Assembly (NCBI RefSeq): GCF_000025505.1
Contig: NC_013849.1
Location: forward strand, 360,001-392,000
DNA: 32,000 nt
Reading direction: 5' to 3'
Source of the DNA: Ferroglobus placidus DSM 10642
GTDB taxonomy: Archaea; Halobacteriota; Archaeoglobi; Archaeoglobales; Archaeoglobaceae
This document shows positions 1-9,042 of this stretch, one piece after another. Under the pieces are notes generated by a model. That model was not told the origin of the DNA and did not search any database. It worked only from the letters and a program-made list of their open reading frames with translations. Numbering within the stretch: the stretch's first letter is position 1; every line of letters starts with the position of its first letter. A program made the translations under genes and the position numbers.

Positions 1-251
1 CTTTCCTCTTTCAAAGTCGTCGCGGCGTTTTTTACATCCCTAACCGCCAAGTAGTACATCGAAGCGTATATGTGCTTACACTTGACCCCTTTCTTAAAAT
101 CGGGACATTCGCAAGTCCATCTGTCCCTATTCCACACGACCCTGTACTCTTTATCTCCCTTTTCGGATTTCACAACGAACTCTCCTTCCTTTACCTGAAG
201 AACTTTACCCTCAGCGAGGAGTTTAAGCCCCTTATCTCTCCTTTTCGACAT
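1..251 (-). CDS. SWIM zinc-finger protein, likely insertion-element/transposase associated; partial, runs off the left edge
   Basis: Reverse-strand translation from ATG at 251 reads MSKRRDKGLKLLAEGKVLQVKEGEFVVKSEKGDKEYRVVWNRDRWTCECPDFKKGVKCKHIYASMYYLAVRDVKNAATTLKEE. It contains a CxC...CxH SWIM signature. Confidence 0.75.
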   Translation of the reverse strand, partial: MSKRRDKGLKLLAEGKVLQVKEGEFVVKSEKGDKEYRVVWNRDRWTCECPDFKKGVKCKHIYASMYYLAVRDVKNAATTLKEE

Positions 252-380
252 CTTCGATCACCTCGGAAGAACAAACGCGACTTCCGAGCTATGCTGAAGC
301 CTTTTCGACGTTCTCTAAAACCGCAGTAGCGATTTCCTCAACTGCAGCGTCGATGTTTTCTAACACGAGCTGCAGCGTTT

Positions 381-959
381 TCAGAGGGTTGCTCCCGCAC
401 TTTCTTTTTTCTTTCCAATCTCTTTTCCGGTATTTGCAGTCTGCCCGCAACGCCAACACTCTGGTCCGGGAACGCGTTTTCCTAGCTTTTTTAGCTCCTC
501 CTTGTCCTTTAGATGCTCGATGAGCTCTTGAAGTATCTTTTCTGCCGTTTGGACGTCAATTACGAGAATACCTCCACTTCTCAGATCCACGAGGATTGTT
601 TTTGTCCGGCTTAGAAGTGTGTAGATTGCAGGTTGGACTAGTTTCACACTACCGGTTTTAACCTCTATTAGGGCAGAGCAACCGTTTCCTCCGGTAATGT
701 AAACCCTACTTATCGCCCCGTTGACGTATCCGAGCTTGAGGGAGACCTCGTTGGCAACATCACTTTTGTTCAGTTTAAGCTGAAGTCTTGCAAGCAACCT
801 CGACTTGGCTATATCGTGTACGAGCCTATACGCGGAAGATAATTCCTTGTTTTCCGGTTTGTAGAATGGACAGACCGTAAGTAGTTGTTCGTCGAGCTGG
901 CTCGGTCTGAACGCGTCAAGTAGCTTCTTAATCTTCTCCTCGATCTTTCCGTCAACCAT
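381..959 (-). CDS. Hypothetical protein with PD-(D/E)XK-like core (ALIEVKTG) and a C-terminal CxxC
   Basis: 192-aa ORF. The segment CSALIEVKTGSVKLVQPAIYTLLSRTKTILVDLRSG resembles the Cas4/RecB-like nuclease fold, and CWRC lies near the C-terminus. Confidence 0.55.
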   Translation of the reverse strand: MVDGKIEEKIKKLLDAFRPSQLDEQLLTVCPFYKPENKELSSAYRLVHDIAKSRLLARLQLKLNKSDVANEVSLKLGYVNGAISRVYITGGNGCSALIEVKTGSVKLVQPAIYTLLSRTKTILVDLRSGGILVIDVQTAEKILQELIEHLKDKEELKKLGKRVPGPECWRCGQTANTGKEIGKKKESAGATL

Positions 960-973
960 ACTTTCTTCACCTC

Positions 974-1050
974 ATTGTAGCCTTATTGTAGCTACATAGT
1001 GGTTATAATGTAGTTAACAAAGAAATTTATATTTTTCGCCACATTGTAGC
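974..1050. promoter_or_regulatory. Divergent promoter with repeated ATTGTAGC boxes
   Basis: ATTGTAGC at 974-981, 985-992 and 1043-1050, plus the variant AATGTAGT at 1007-1014. A perfect palindrome TGTAGCTACA lies at 987-996. All sit between divergent ORFs. Confidence 0.5.
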
Positions 1051-1054
1051 TCTA

Positions 1055-1207
1055 ATGAAAAAAATCAAGATCACGGTAGAAGGGTACGAAGTAATCGAGA
1101 AAGTCGTCAAGAGTGCCGGAAACTCTGGAAGGATATATCTGCCAAAGTCATGGGTCAACAAGAGAGTCAAGGTAATTTTATTGGAGCCTATCGATGAATC
1201 AAGTTAA
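1055..1207 (+). CDS. DUF2080-like transposase-associated small protein (50 aa)
   Basis: Translation is MKKIKITVEGYEVIEKVVKSAGNSGRIYLPKSWVNKRVKVILLEPIDESS, which matches my recollection of archaeal DUF2080 transposon-associated proteins (AbrB-like GNSGRIYLPKSWVNKRVKVILLEP). Missing from the supplied ORF track because it is short. Confidence 0.7.
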   Translation: MKKIKITVEGYEVIEKVVKSAGNSGRIYLPKSWVNKRVKVILLEPIDESS

Positions 1208-1240
1208 TTTCAAAAAAGCTTAAACTAATAGTTCCGAAAT

Positions 1241-1762
1241 TCACTGGAGGAGTTTCACTACTTCAACTATCGTCAATAACAGTAAAACGAAAGTTAGCAC
1301 AACCATAATCAGTTGAAGATTTTTATTTACAGATGCCAATTTAACGTTAGTCGATGCTAAAAATAGGCTAGTGTTATCTCGCAAATGGCTGTACGAGGTA
1401 CCGTACTGATTTCTGAGGATATCATACTCATTCCTTACATTTTCGGCATATTTTGATAGATCCTCGCAAAGTGCTTGATAGATTCCTTTCGTGATTGAAG
1501 GAATCATATCTTTTATTGGGATTGGCAACTCGCCGTAAAAAGGATTTGACAAAGCTCTTTTTTCTCTTTCTATATACGAAACAATCACACGACATTCATC
1601 GATAACGCGAGTCATTTCTGCGACAAAGTCACTGTATGCCTTTAAGACTAGATTTAGGGTGTTTTTTAGGTGCTTGACAAGATCTTTTTCGTTATAATAC
1701 TGTAATTGCCGTATATTTTCAGATATCTCATCAACATTCTTTTTATGGTCTAAAATACCCAT
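1241..1762 (-). CDS. Hypothetical coiled-coil protein with C-terminal transmembrane helix
   Basis: 173-aa ORF rich in charged helices, ending NLQLIMVVLTFVLLLLTIVEVVKLLQ. Confidence 0.5.
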   Translation of the reverse strand: MGILDHKKNVDEISENIRQLQYYNEKDLVKHLKNTLNLVLKAYSDFVAEMTRVIDECRVIVSYIEREKRALSNPFYGELPIPIKDMIPSITKGIYQALCEDLSKYAENVRNEYDILRNQYGTSYSHLRDNTSLFLASTNVKLASVNKNLQLIMVVLTFVLLLLTIVEVVKLLQ

Positions 1763-2283
1763 AAACCTGAAGCGAAGTCAGTAAATTAATAATAACATAT
1801 GGATTAACCTATTAATAGTGACTTCTCCTAGAATTTCAAAATCTTTCTGTATTAGAGCATTTGATGTCACTATTGAAAAACCAGTATAGCAGAATCCAAA
1901 GTTGTCAAAAACTGCGTCACTTTGCCCGACTATGCTCAAAAGCACTGGTATTATTGACATTAGCCCAGATGTGTTAATATTGAATGAGTAAAGAACCTAT
2001 CACTCCTAAGTTTAACAAGCTAACAAGCTCATCATTGTTAAATGAGTCTTTATCAGACAAGTCATCAAGTATTTCTCTGAGATATCCACAATTAATTTAT
2101 TTTTTCCGAATAATTATTTCCTAGTCACCTCTTAATTTTAGAGAACAGTCGAAAAGTGTATTGAAATGAAAATCTAATGGACCGGTTTTGTACTAAGCGA
2201 TGGACTCGAACCGGACGAGATCGGAGAGCTGTCACCTGAAACGTCACGTGATTTCTGATCAGCACAAGAATAAAAATAAGGAC

Positions 2284-3915
2284 ATGCGCATAACCCAGAA
2301 ATCTGTACTGGAGAAGCTCCTGGAGTTATACGAAAGCGAGAAAAGGCCTGTGTGCATAGGCGATCTTAAACGTGCGTTCAACGTTCTGGAGAAGAGAGAT
2401 GCAGCAAGATCAAACAGCTGGAGGAAGACGGATAAAATAGAGTATGCCCTCAGAGAGCTGTTCAAAAAGGGAAAGCTCTCGAGATCCGAGAAACAGGTAA
2501 GGCTCGAGAACTACCCTGCATCGCCATATGCCAGCATCAGGAGCAGGACAGTCAACGTGTACTTCTATGCTCCAGCAGATTGCGCTGGACAGGTGCTGAG
2601 CTTCGAGGTTGGTGGAAACCATGTTTCCGCGAAGTTCATCCGGTACGAGGAAAGAGTAAAGGAAACACCGAAGAAGGAGATGGTTCTTGAAGTGCTTAAA
2701 AATGCGGAGAGAGCAATGACCGCCGGAGAAATTGTGGAGGAAATCTGCAAAAGATACGATGCGTACAAGATAGACAGCAGGCAGGACTACTACAACGCGA
2801 TAAGCTCGATAACGCATGCTGTTCTGAAACCTCTGAGGAAGCACGGATTGCGTGGCTTCAAGCTCGACGGGAAATGGGTGTGGTACTTCACAGAGGAACA
2901 GCTGGAAAATTTCAGGGAATGGTACATAAGGAACAGCGAGCTTCTCAGGACGGCGAGGGATCTTGTTAAGAGCGAGAAGGCTGTTCCGCTGAGCAGGATT
3001 TTATCCGAGACTGTAGCGACGCCTGATGAGGCGAAGTACCATCTGAAGAGAGTTGCGAAGTACATACCCGTCGAGATAAGGGTTGAGACAGTCGATGGAA
3101 AGACGGATGTTCACATTTCTGTGCCAGAATTCAAGAGAGATTCGTTCATTGACTGGCTGGGCTATGTGGTGCCAAAATCCCAGTCTGGTTTTGGATACGA
3201 GAGCTTCCTCGTTGATCTAGATTCGGACTGGGTCGAGGCCCTGAAAGCTGCTATCAGAAAATCGCTGGAAAGGGTGAACATCAAAACCGTCATAGGTGCT
3301 TTCTACGAGAAACTAGTTGCGAGGGTTTTCGAGGTTCTGTGCACGTCCGAAGAGCTCAGGAAAAATCCGGAGCTGAGCAAATTCGCAATACCCTTCGTTT
3401 TCAGGGACGAAAAGGTAACGAATGTGTGGATAGTCACCGAGCAGGGCAGAAAAATAGAGTTCGATGTCCTGATAAGGGGAACGTTTTACTCCTTCGACGT
3501 CATGGCTTCCAGAAGGGAAACACTTGACATAATAATCCCCGTGGAGTGCAAGTACCGAATGGTGAGACCAGAAGACGTGACAGCTTTTGATGATAGAGTT
3601 AGAGCTGCATTCGGTGAGAGGAGGAACGTGCTTCCACTGATGATAGGACTTGGCTGGAACAGCGAGGCACTGCATATTGCCAAGAGACTGGGAATAATGA
3701 CCCTTTACTTTTCAGCTGTGGACAAACTTCTCAGCGAGATGCTGGGCAGGAACCACAGGCACGAGTATGAGTGGAAAAAGGTTGAGGAGATGCTGAACAA
3801 AGGTGAGATAACGCTGAAGGAACTGAGGGAGAAGTTGAAGAAGGGAGAATGGAGGTTTGAGTTTGAGGAATGGTTACTTAATTCTACACGAGGTTCTGAG
3901 GAATGTAAACAGTAA
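2284..3915 (+). CDS. Winged-helix N-terminus + PD-(D/E)XK (Mrr-like) nuclease-like protein
   Basis: The ORF opens at 2200, but the M at 2284 gives a more natural N-terminus. N-terminal repeats resemble wHTH. The C-terminal part reads VWIVTEQGRKIEFDVLIRGTFYSFDVMASRRETLDIIIPVECKYRMVRPEDVTAFDDRV, giving a D...ExK arrangement (FDV ... VECK). Confidence 0.6.
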   Translation: MRITQKSVLEKLLELYESEKRPVCIGDLKRAFNVLEKRDAARSNSWRKTDKIEYALRELFKKGKLSRSEKQVRLENYPASPYASIRSRTVNVYFYAPADCAGQVLSFEVGGNHVSAKFIRYEERVKETPKKEMVLEVLKNAERAMTAGEIVEEICKRYDAYKIDSRQDYYNAISSITHAVLKPLRKHGLRGFKLDGKWVWYFTEEQLENFREWYIRNSELLRTARDLVKSEKAVPLSRILSETVATPDEAKYHLKRVAKYIPVEIRVETVDGKTDVHISVPEFKRDSFIDWLGYVVPKSQSGFGYESFLVDLDSDWVEALKAAIRKSLERVNIKTVIGAFYEKLVARVFEVLCTSEELRKNPELSKFAIPFVFRDEKVTNVWIVTEQGRKIEFDVLIRGTFYSFDVMASRRETLDIIIPVECKYRMVRPEDVTAFDDRVRAAFGERRNVLPLMIGLGWNSEALHIAKRLGIMTLYFSAVDKLLSEMLGRNHRHEYEWKKVEEMLNKGEITLKELREKLKKGEWRFEFEEWLLNSTRGSEECKQ

Positions 3916-5657
3916 AAACTAGATTCAGTAACTCCCTATGTCTTTTTTCAAAGGCCTGTTTATCCCAGCTGCTGTAATTCCTGAGCATTGTCGTGATTGC
4001 GAAAGGATTGCGCTGGACATCAAAATACCTCTCAAGCTTTTTCCTGTATTCATAATTTGAAGCTCTGGAATTTCTTCTCTTGTTGAGGAGTGTTAAATTT
4101 CCAAGTTTGTTAACAATTTTCTTGATCTCCTCCTCAGAAAATATATTCAGCCATTCTCCTTTCGGATTGCGCGGTAGTATGTGTTCAACAGTTATTGTTT
4201 CCAGATTTGAGTATCCCCTAAAGTTTTCCTCTTACATTTCCATGTCCAGTCTTAAAAGTACGTATCTAGCCATTTTTCCACCTTTGAGAGAATAAAACTG
4301 CTGGTCATCGAGTTTTGAAAGGAGAATTCTTTTAAGAAGATCCCTATCGCTGAAATTGATTGTTCTCCTTTTCTTTCCTCTTCTGATTTCTTCCGGTGTT
4401 TCAAACATTTTTTCGAGTACATTTTTCGGATCACTTGAGTTCTCTATCAGCCTTATGAGATTTATTGCACTCGTAAGTCTCTCTGTTGCTGTAAAATCAG
4501 CACACCACTCAACAAAGAACTTTCTTTCCAGGTTAAATGCGAATTCGTACAGCGATCTATCATCACCAAATTTCTTGTAAAAGAACAGTAATGGCGGTAT
4601 CCATTCAGAGAACGGCATATATTTGTACATGATCTGCATTAAAAATTTGTACCTTTCTTTTTCACTCGAAGTTAATGCAATTAGATCTGGGTCGAGTATT
4701 TTCTCTCTATAAATTCTTCCGTAATCTGTAACTATATCAAAGAATTCTGTACCTTTTTTAATTCTATTTTCTTTAAAAAGTTTCTCAAATTCGTCTACCA
4801 GTTCTCTTCTTGCTTTCTCCTTGGCGTATATTGTTCTTATGTAGCTTATAAGGCCTTCAAGCTCCTCCCTTCCGAGATCCTCCTCCAGATCTCTCCACTT
4901 GTTAAAATATTCCACTCTCTTTTCTTCCGGTATCGGCTCCAAGTTTATACTCTTGAGAACATCCGCTGCTGTCAGGGGGAGACCACGAGTATTAAGAACA
5001 TTAAAAAGTCTGAAGGCTGAACTTCTGTTGTCAGTTATAATATAGACAAAGTAAACATTCTGAAGAACATAGCTTAAGAATTCCTTAATTTGGTTTTGGT
5101 CAAGACCTTCTAAAAATTCTCTGAATACTTTAACAGCTTCATACAGATGATAAATAGGCGAATCCTTATCTGGATACGAAATCCTCCTAGATTCGAAGTC
5201 TTCTATTAATTTAACGGTTCCATTTTCTTTGTATACATTATTTAGAAAACAATTCTCTGAGATCTTTCCAAACTGAGATTCTCTCTCTGTCAGGAACACC
5301 TCCGAGTACTGAGCCGCGCTGAATTAAGTAATTATATTGAATATCAGTCTTAAATTCCGAGTCCTTTAAAACATCTCGTGCAACAGCGAATAGAATTATA
5401 AGGGAAGTCAATCTTTGCTGACCATCCACTACCTCGTATGTAACACTATCTTGACTTTTGAGGAGAACTGTGCCTAAGAAGTAACTTTCTTGACCGCTTT
5501 CCATGGCATCCAAAATATCCTCTATCAATGCCTGAAAATTGTCTTCATTCCAGCTGAACGGTCTTTGATAAATAGGTATTTCAAAAAGGTGATTACTCAG
5601 GAGTTTTCTTACTATAATCTCCTTAGCCTCTATTTTGGAAGAAACTTCCTGAGGCAT
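3884..5657 (-). pseudogene. GmrSD-like type IV restriction protein (DUF262 + DUF1524) disrupted by one frameshift and one in-frame stop
   Basis: ORF 5238..5657 carries the DUF262 core (IYQRPFSWNEDNFQALIEDI...YFLGTVLL...VVDGQQRLTSL). ORF 4232..5299 continues in another frame (TDNRSSAFRLFNVLNTRGLPLTAADVLKS). Past the TAA at 4232-4234 the same frame stays open to 3884 and reads EENFRGYSNLETITVEHILPRNPKGEWLNIFSEEEIKKIVNKLGNLTLLNKRRNSRASN, the DUF1524 HxxP region. Confidence 0.8.
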
Positions 5658-5701
5658 AAGATAAATTAAGAATCTTCCCGATATAAATATTACTTAATTC
5701 T

Positions 5702-6802
5702 TTACAGCTGCGTAAAAATCCTCCTCGGTACATTCAGCCTTATAAAATAGCTCCCTCCAATTCCTCTCCTTTCCATGGTTATCAGTCCATATTTCGCAAG
5801 CCTTTCAAGGTAATACCTGAGCATCCTGTCCCTAACTCCAGAAGGATACACCCTTCTGTAGAGCTCATAGAACTCCGGATAGAAAATCCCGTTCTCAGGT
5901 ATGAGCGAGATTATCTTCCTTTCCTTCGATGAGAGCTGCTCCACAATGCTCTTTGCCTTTGCGAACTGCGACTCCGAGAGAGCCTGCTTTATGTGCTCAA
6001 CAGTTACCCTGAACTTCCCATCCTGCCTTGCAAGCTCTCCTGCCCTGAGCAAAGTTTCTCTGGCTATCCTCACATCTCCTCCCATCTCGCAGGCGACCTC
6101 TGCCAGGTACTCCACTGCCTCTTCATCCACCACTCCCTTCTGAAATGCAAATTCGACGCGAATCCTGATTATCTCCTTCATCTCGTCAATAGTGTAAGCC
6201 CTGTAGGGAATTTCTTCAACAGGGCGAAGAGAGCTCTTTATTCTGGGATCAACGTTCATGAACACGAACTGATCGTTTGTTATCATGATAAGCTGCACAG
6301 GAATCGATTCCTCTCTGAGCCTTGAGAGGTCGTAGAGGACTTCGGAGCCGCGTGGCAAAAGATGATCGACCTCGTCAAGGCATATCACAGGAAATACCCT
6401 GCTCTTCTTCAGCTCGGAAACGAGCAGGTCGAAAAGCTCGTCATACGCAACACCTCTCCTAGAGGGAATTCTCCTTGTCGGTCTTACTTTTCTGAAAAAC
6501 TCGAAGATTACTGCATAAACAACTCCCATTCTCGTGTTGATGCGGAAGCAGTTTATGTAAACGGGAAATGCAGCAGTTTCCTCTTCAAGCTTTCTGAAGA
6601 TGAACTTCACAGAAGCAGTCTTTCCGGTACCGGGTGGACCAAATATGAAGATGTTTGAAATGCTCTCGGGATTTTTCAGAGCCGAGTTTATTATGGACGA
6701 GATTGCCTTTATCTCCTTCTCCCTATGGGGGAGATGATCGGGTATGTAATCAGGAAATAAAACCTCCTTCTGCCTGAAAACAGGATCCTCGTACGAGTAC
6801 AT
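5702..6802 (-). CDS. Orc1/Cdc6-family AAA+ replication initiator-like protein
   Basis: Walker A GPPGTGKTASVKF, Walker B VICLDEVDHLL, sensor ITND, DPRIKSSLRPVEEIPYRAYT, and a C-terminal wHTH. The ORF runs to 6853, but MYSYEDPVF at 6802 is the likelier start. Confidence 0.8.
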   Translation of the reverse strand: MYSYEDPVFRQKEVLFPDYIPDHLPHREKEIKAISSIINSALKNPESISNIFIFGPPGTGKTASVKFIFRKLEEETAAFPVYINCFRINTRMGVVYAVIFEFFRKVRPTRRIPSRRGVAYDELFDLLVSELKKSRVFPVICLDEVDHLLPRGSEVLYDLSRLREESIPVQLIMITNDQFVFMNVDPRIKSSLRPVEEIPYRAYTIDEMKEIIRIRVEFAFQKGVVDEEAVEYLAEVACEMGGDVRIARETLLRAGELARQDGKFRVTVEHIKQALSESQFAKAKSIVEQLSSKERKIISLIPENGIFYPEFYELYRRVYPSGVRDRMLRYYLERLAKYGLITMERRGIGGSYFIRLNVPRRIFTQL

Positions 6803-6876
6803 GATTAAAATTAGCTTAGAAGAATTTTTAAAGCTGAAAGGAGTAGATTGCAAAGTTTAAAATAATTTCTTTCTCT

Positions 6877-8112
6877 ATGAAGCCTTTCGAAAAATTAATG
6901 ATAGTTGATGGGTATGAAACTTCTAGAATGCAGACAATGGACGAAATGAATAAGGTATTTTTAAGAATGATAAGTGATATAAAAAAATTGGAGAGATCCA
7001 AAAAACTAACAATTAAACATGATGAAATGTTAAAACGTTCTGTTGAATGGCTTAAAAACCATCAACATCCAGACGGCTACTGGGGGTACGAATCCGTTGC
7101 TGATACAGGTTTAGTATTTCTTGCTCTCATAACATATGGGATAAGGGATGAAATATGGAGCATTAAAGGCAAATATGAAGGAGGGCTGCTTAAAGCTAGT
7201 AAATGGCTCAAGGATGTTCTGAATGTTGACAATTGGGAAAATAATCTCTGGGATACTTCAATATGCTTTCAAGCATTGTATAGATACGAAATTCGGGATG
7301 ATTGGATTTTTAGAGTTCTTGAGTGGATTAAAAGAACATGTGAAGAGAGAGCTGAAAAATTACCACTACACCACCTAGCTCAAGCAATACAGGCTCTACT
7401 TGACGCAGGACTGGAAGAAGATGCTAGAAAAGTTTGTGAAATTATCATTTATAGAATGATGTCACATATGCTAGATAAGGATAATTACATGGATCCCTAT
7501 ATAGTTGGACAGGTCTTAGACGCATTAGTTAGAGCAGGATATACGCCTGGGACAGAAGTTATCTCGGTCTGTGAATCGAACTTAAGAAATTTCCTAAAAG
7601 GAGCAAGAAATAAGGGAATTAGCGAAGCTACATTTCAAGATGTAATGATGGCTTTTACAGGTTTAGCGAGTTTACTAGGTGGAAATGATGATGAGCTTAT
7701 GAATTCTATACTTGCAGAGGTGTTTAAATCTCCTGAGAGATATAAGAAAGATGGCTTTTGGTATCATGACGCAAAGAAAACAGCTTTTGCTCTTATTGGA
7801 ATCAGCAAACTCAAAGAAGTTAGGAAAATAGACGAATTTCCATACAGAATTTACAAAGTTATTACAAATTATCAAAAAGAGCTGGAAGAGTTGCTTACAA
7901 ACCTAAAAGAGGAGTACGAAACACGGTTAAAAACACTCAAACAAGGTTATTTATGGATTTCCATTTCGTTTTTGTCTATTATTATTTCATTATTGTTGGT
8001 TCTAGTACTAACAATAAATAATCCGGTTTCTCAGCTCATAATTGGTGGGATTCTTTTTCCTGTATTTCTATCATCAGCAACAAAAACATATTTGTTATTT
8101 AAGGGTAAATGA
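6877..8112 (+). CDS. Prenyltransferase/squalene-cyclase-like toroid repeat protein with C-terminal coiled coil and two TM helices
   Basis: Repeats such as SVEWLKNHQHPDGYWGYESVADTGLVFLALI, WLKDVLNVDNWENNLWDTSICFQALY and YKKDGFWYHDAKKTAFALI. The C-terminus reads YLWISISFLSIIISLLLVLVLTI...LIIGGILFPVFLSSATKTYLLF. Confidence 0.55.
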   Translation: MKPFEKLMIVDGYETSRMQTMDEMNKVFLRMISDIKKLERSKKLTIKHDEMLKRSVEWLKNHQHPDGYWGYESVADTGLVFLALITYGIRDEIWSIKGKYEGGLLKASKWLKDVLNVDNWENNLWDTSICFQALYRYEIRDDWIFRVLEWIKRTCEERAEKLPLHHLAQAIQALLDAGLEEDARKVCEIIIYRMMSHMLDKDNYMDPYIVGQVLDALVRAGYTPGTEVISVCESNLRNFLKGARNKGISEATFQDVMMAFTGLASLLGGNDDELMNSILAEVFKSPERYKKDGFWYHDAKKTAFALIGISKLKEVRKIDEFPYRIYKVITNYQKELEELLTNLKEEYETRLKTLKQGYLWISISFLSIIISLLLVLVLTINNPVSQLIIGGILFPVFLSSATKTYLLFKGK

Positions 8113-8124
8113 GAAAGTACTATT

Positions 8125-8832
8125 ATGAGAAAAACTTGGAAGGCATTTGCGTTTGATTTCGATGGAACTCTCGTGGATAGTTATTCATGCTTACCAGCGA
8201 TTTATAGATCAATCGCAAAGCAGATCGGCTTACCTAGGGAAATGATTGGTAGATTCGTTAAAAAAGCAATAGAATACGAGGATATGCATGACTATCTCGG
8301 AAACTATGACAGAAAAACATGGTGGCCGGACCTTTTTGCTGAGTTTGATATAAAACATGAGGAGGAATTTCTTGATAAATTACTTAAAAAGTTCTGGGAA
8401 ATGCGGGCCGAAAAAAGTACCGTTATCGAAGGATGTACAGAAGTGCTGGAAGTTCTTAAAAATAAAGGTTTTGTCTTGGTGATTATTGCTGGAAACGATG
8501 GACAAAAAAGTATAAAGAGAATGAGAATTGAAAAAAGCGGATTAGCAAAATATTTTGATAATATCTTAATTGTCGGTGAGGATGTAAGGACTCGTGTTGA
8601 AGCAATTGAATTCGTGGCAAGGAATTATAAGCTGGATTTTAATGAGATTGTATTTGTTGACGACAAACCCTCGCCGATAAATGAGGTAAAAGCTGCAGTA
8701 AAGGAAATCGTAACAGTCAAAGTAGAATTTGAGGGTATTCTAAAACTTGCTTGGAAAGAGAAATGCAAAACGGATTTTGTAATAAACCATATAAAGAACC
8801 TTTTGGAAGTTTGTGAATTATCGTTACTTTAA
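8125..8832 (+). CDS. HAD-superfamily hydrolase
   Basis: Motif I AFDFDGTLVDS, followed by VIEGCTEVLEVLKNKGFVLVIIAGND and IVFVDDKPSPI. Confidence 0.8.
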   Translation: MRKTWKAFAFDFDGTLVDSYSCLPAIYRSIAKQIGLPREMIGRFVKKAIEYEDMHDYLGNYDRKTWWPDLFAEFDIKHEEEFLDKLLKKFWEMRAEKSTVIEGCTEVLEVLKNKGFVLVIIAGNDGQKSIKRMRIEKSGLAKYFDNILIVGEDVRTRVEAIEFVARNYKLDFNEIVFVDDKPSPINEVKAAVKEIVTVKVEFEGILKLAWKEKCKTDFVINHIKNLLEVCELSLL

Positions 8833-8985
8833 ACAGAAAAATTCGTTCATGACTCGAGTAATAGCTCTGTAGGGGGAAGGAGGAGGCTTTTGAGAGTGGC
8901 GCACCAGTTCGGCCCAACAAGCACCGAATACCTGAAAAAGCTGAGGGAAAGCTGCTTGAAAAAATTTTCATAGCTCTTCTGTGTA

Positions 8986-9041
8986 TTGTTATTCATATAA
9001 CAACCATCAACTTTTTTAAAGGTTGTTACACAAATAACAAC
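8986..9041. promoter_or_regulatory. Probable autoregulatory operator of the AbiE operon
   Basis: TTGTTAT(8986-8992)-TCAT-ATAACAA(8997-9003) and GTTGTTA(9022-9028)-CACAAA-TAACAAC(9035-9041) flank the A/T-rich CTTTTTTAAA TATA-like element. Confidence 0.6.
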
Positions 9042-9042
9042 A

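Noticed and set aside
72-329. 85-aa plus-strand ORF
   Set aside because: Antisense to a convincing SWIM-domain frame on the minus strand.
2196-2220. tRNA 3'-end-like string (reverse strand CCGGTTCGAGTCC)
   Set aside because: Flanking bases do not form a 5-bp T-stem and no other tRNA arms are present. It also overlaps the start of a coding ORF.
2410-2844. Minus-strand ORFs at 2410..2844, 2565..2768 and 2790..3065
   Set aside because: Antisense to the 571-aa nuclease-like gene with no domain content.
6841-6870. Similarity of GGAGTAGATTGCAAA (6841) to GGAGAGTGGATTGCAAA (about 13938)
   Set aside because: Short A/T-rich match with no further supporting structure. Likely chance.
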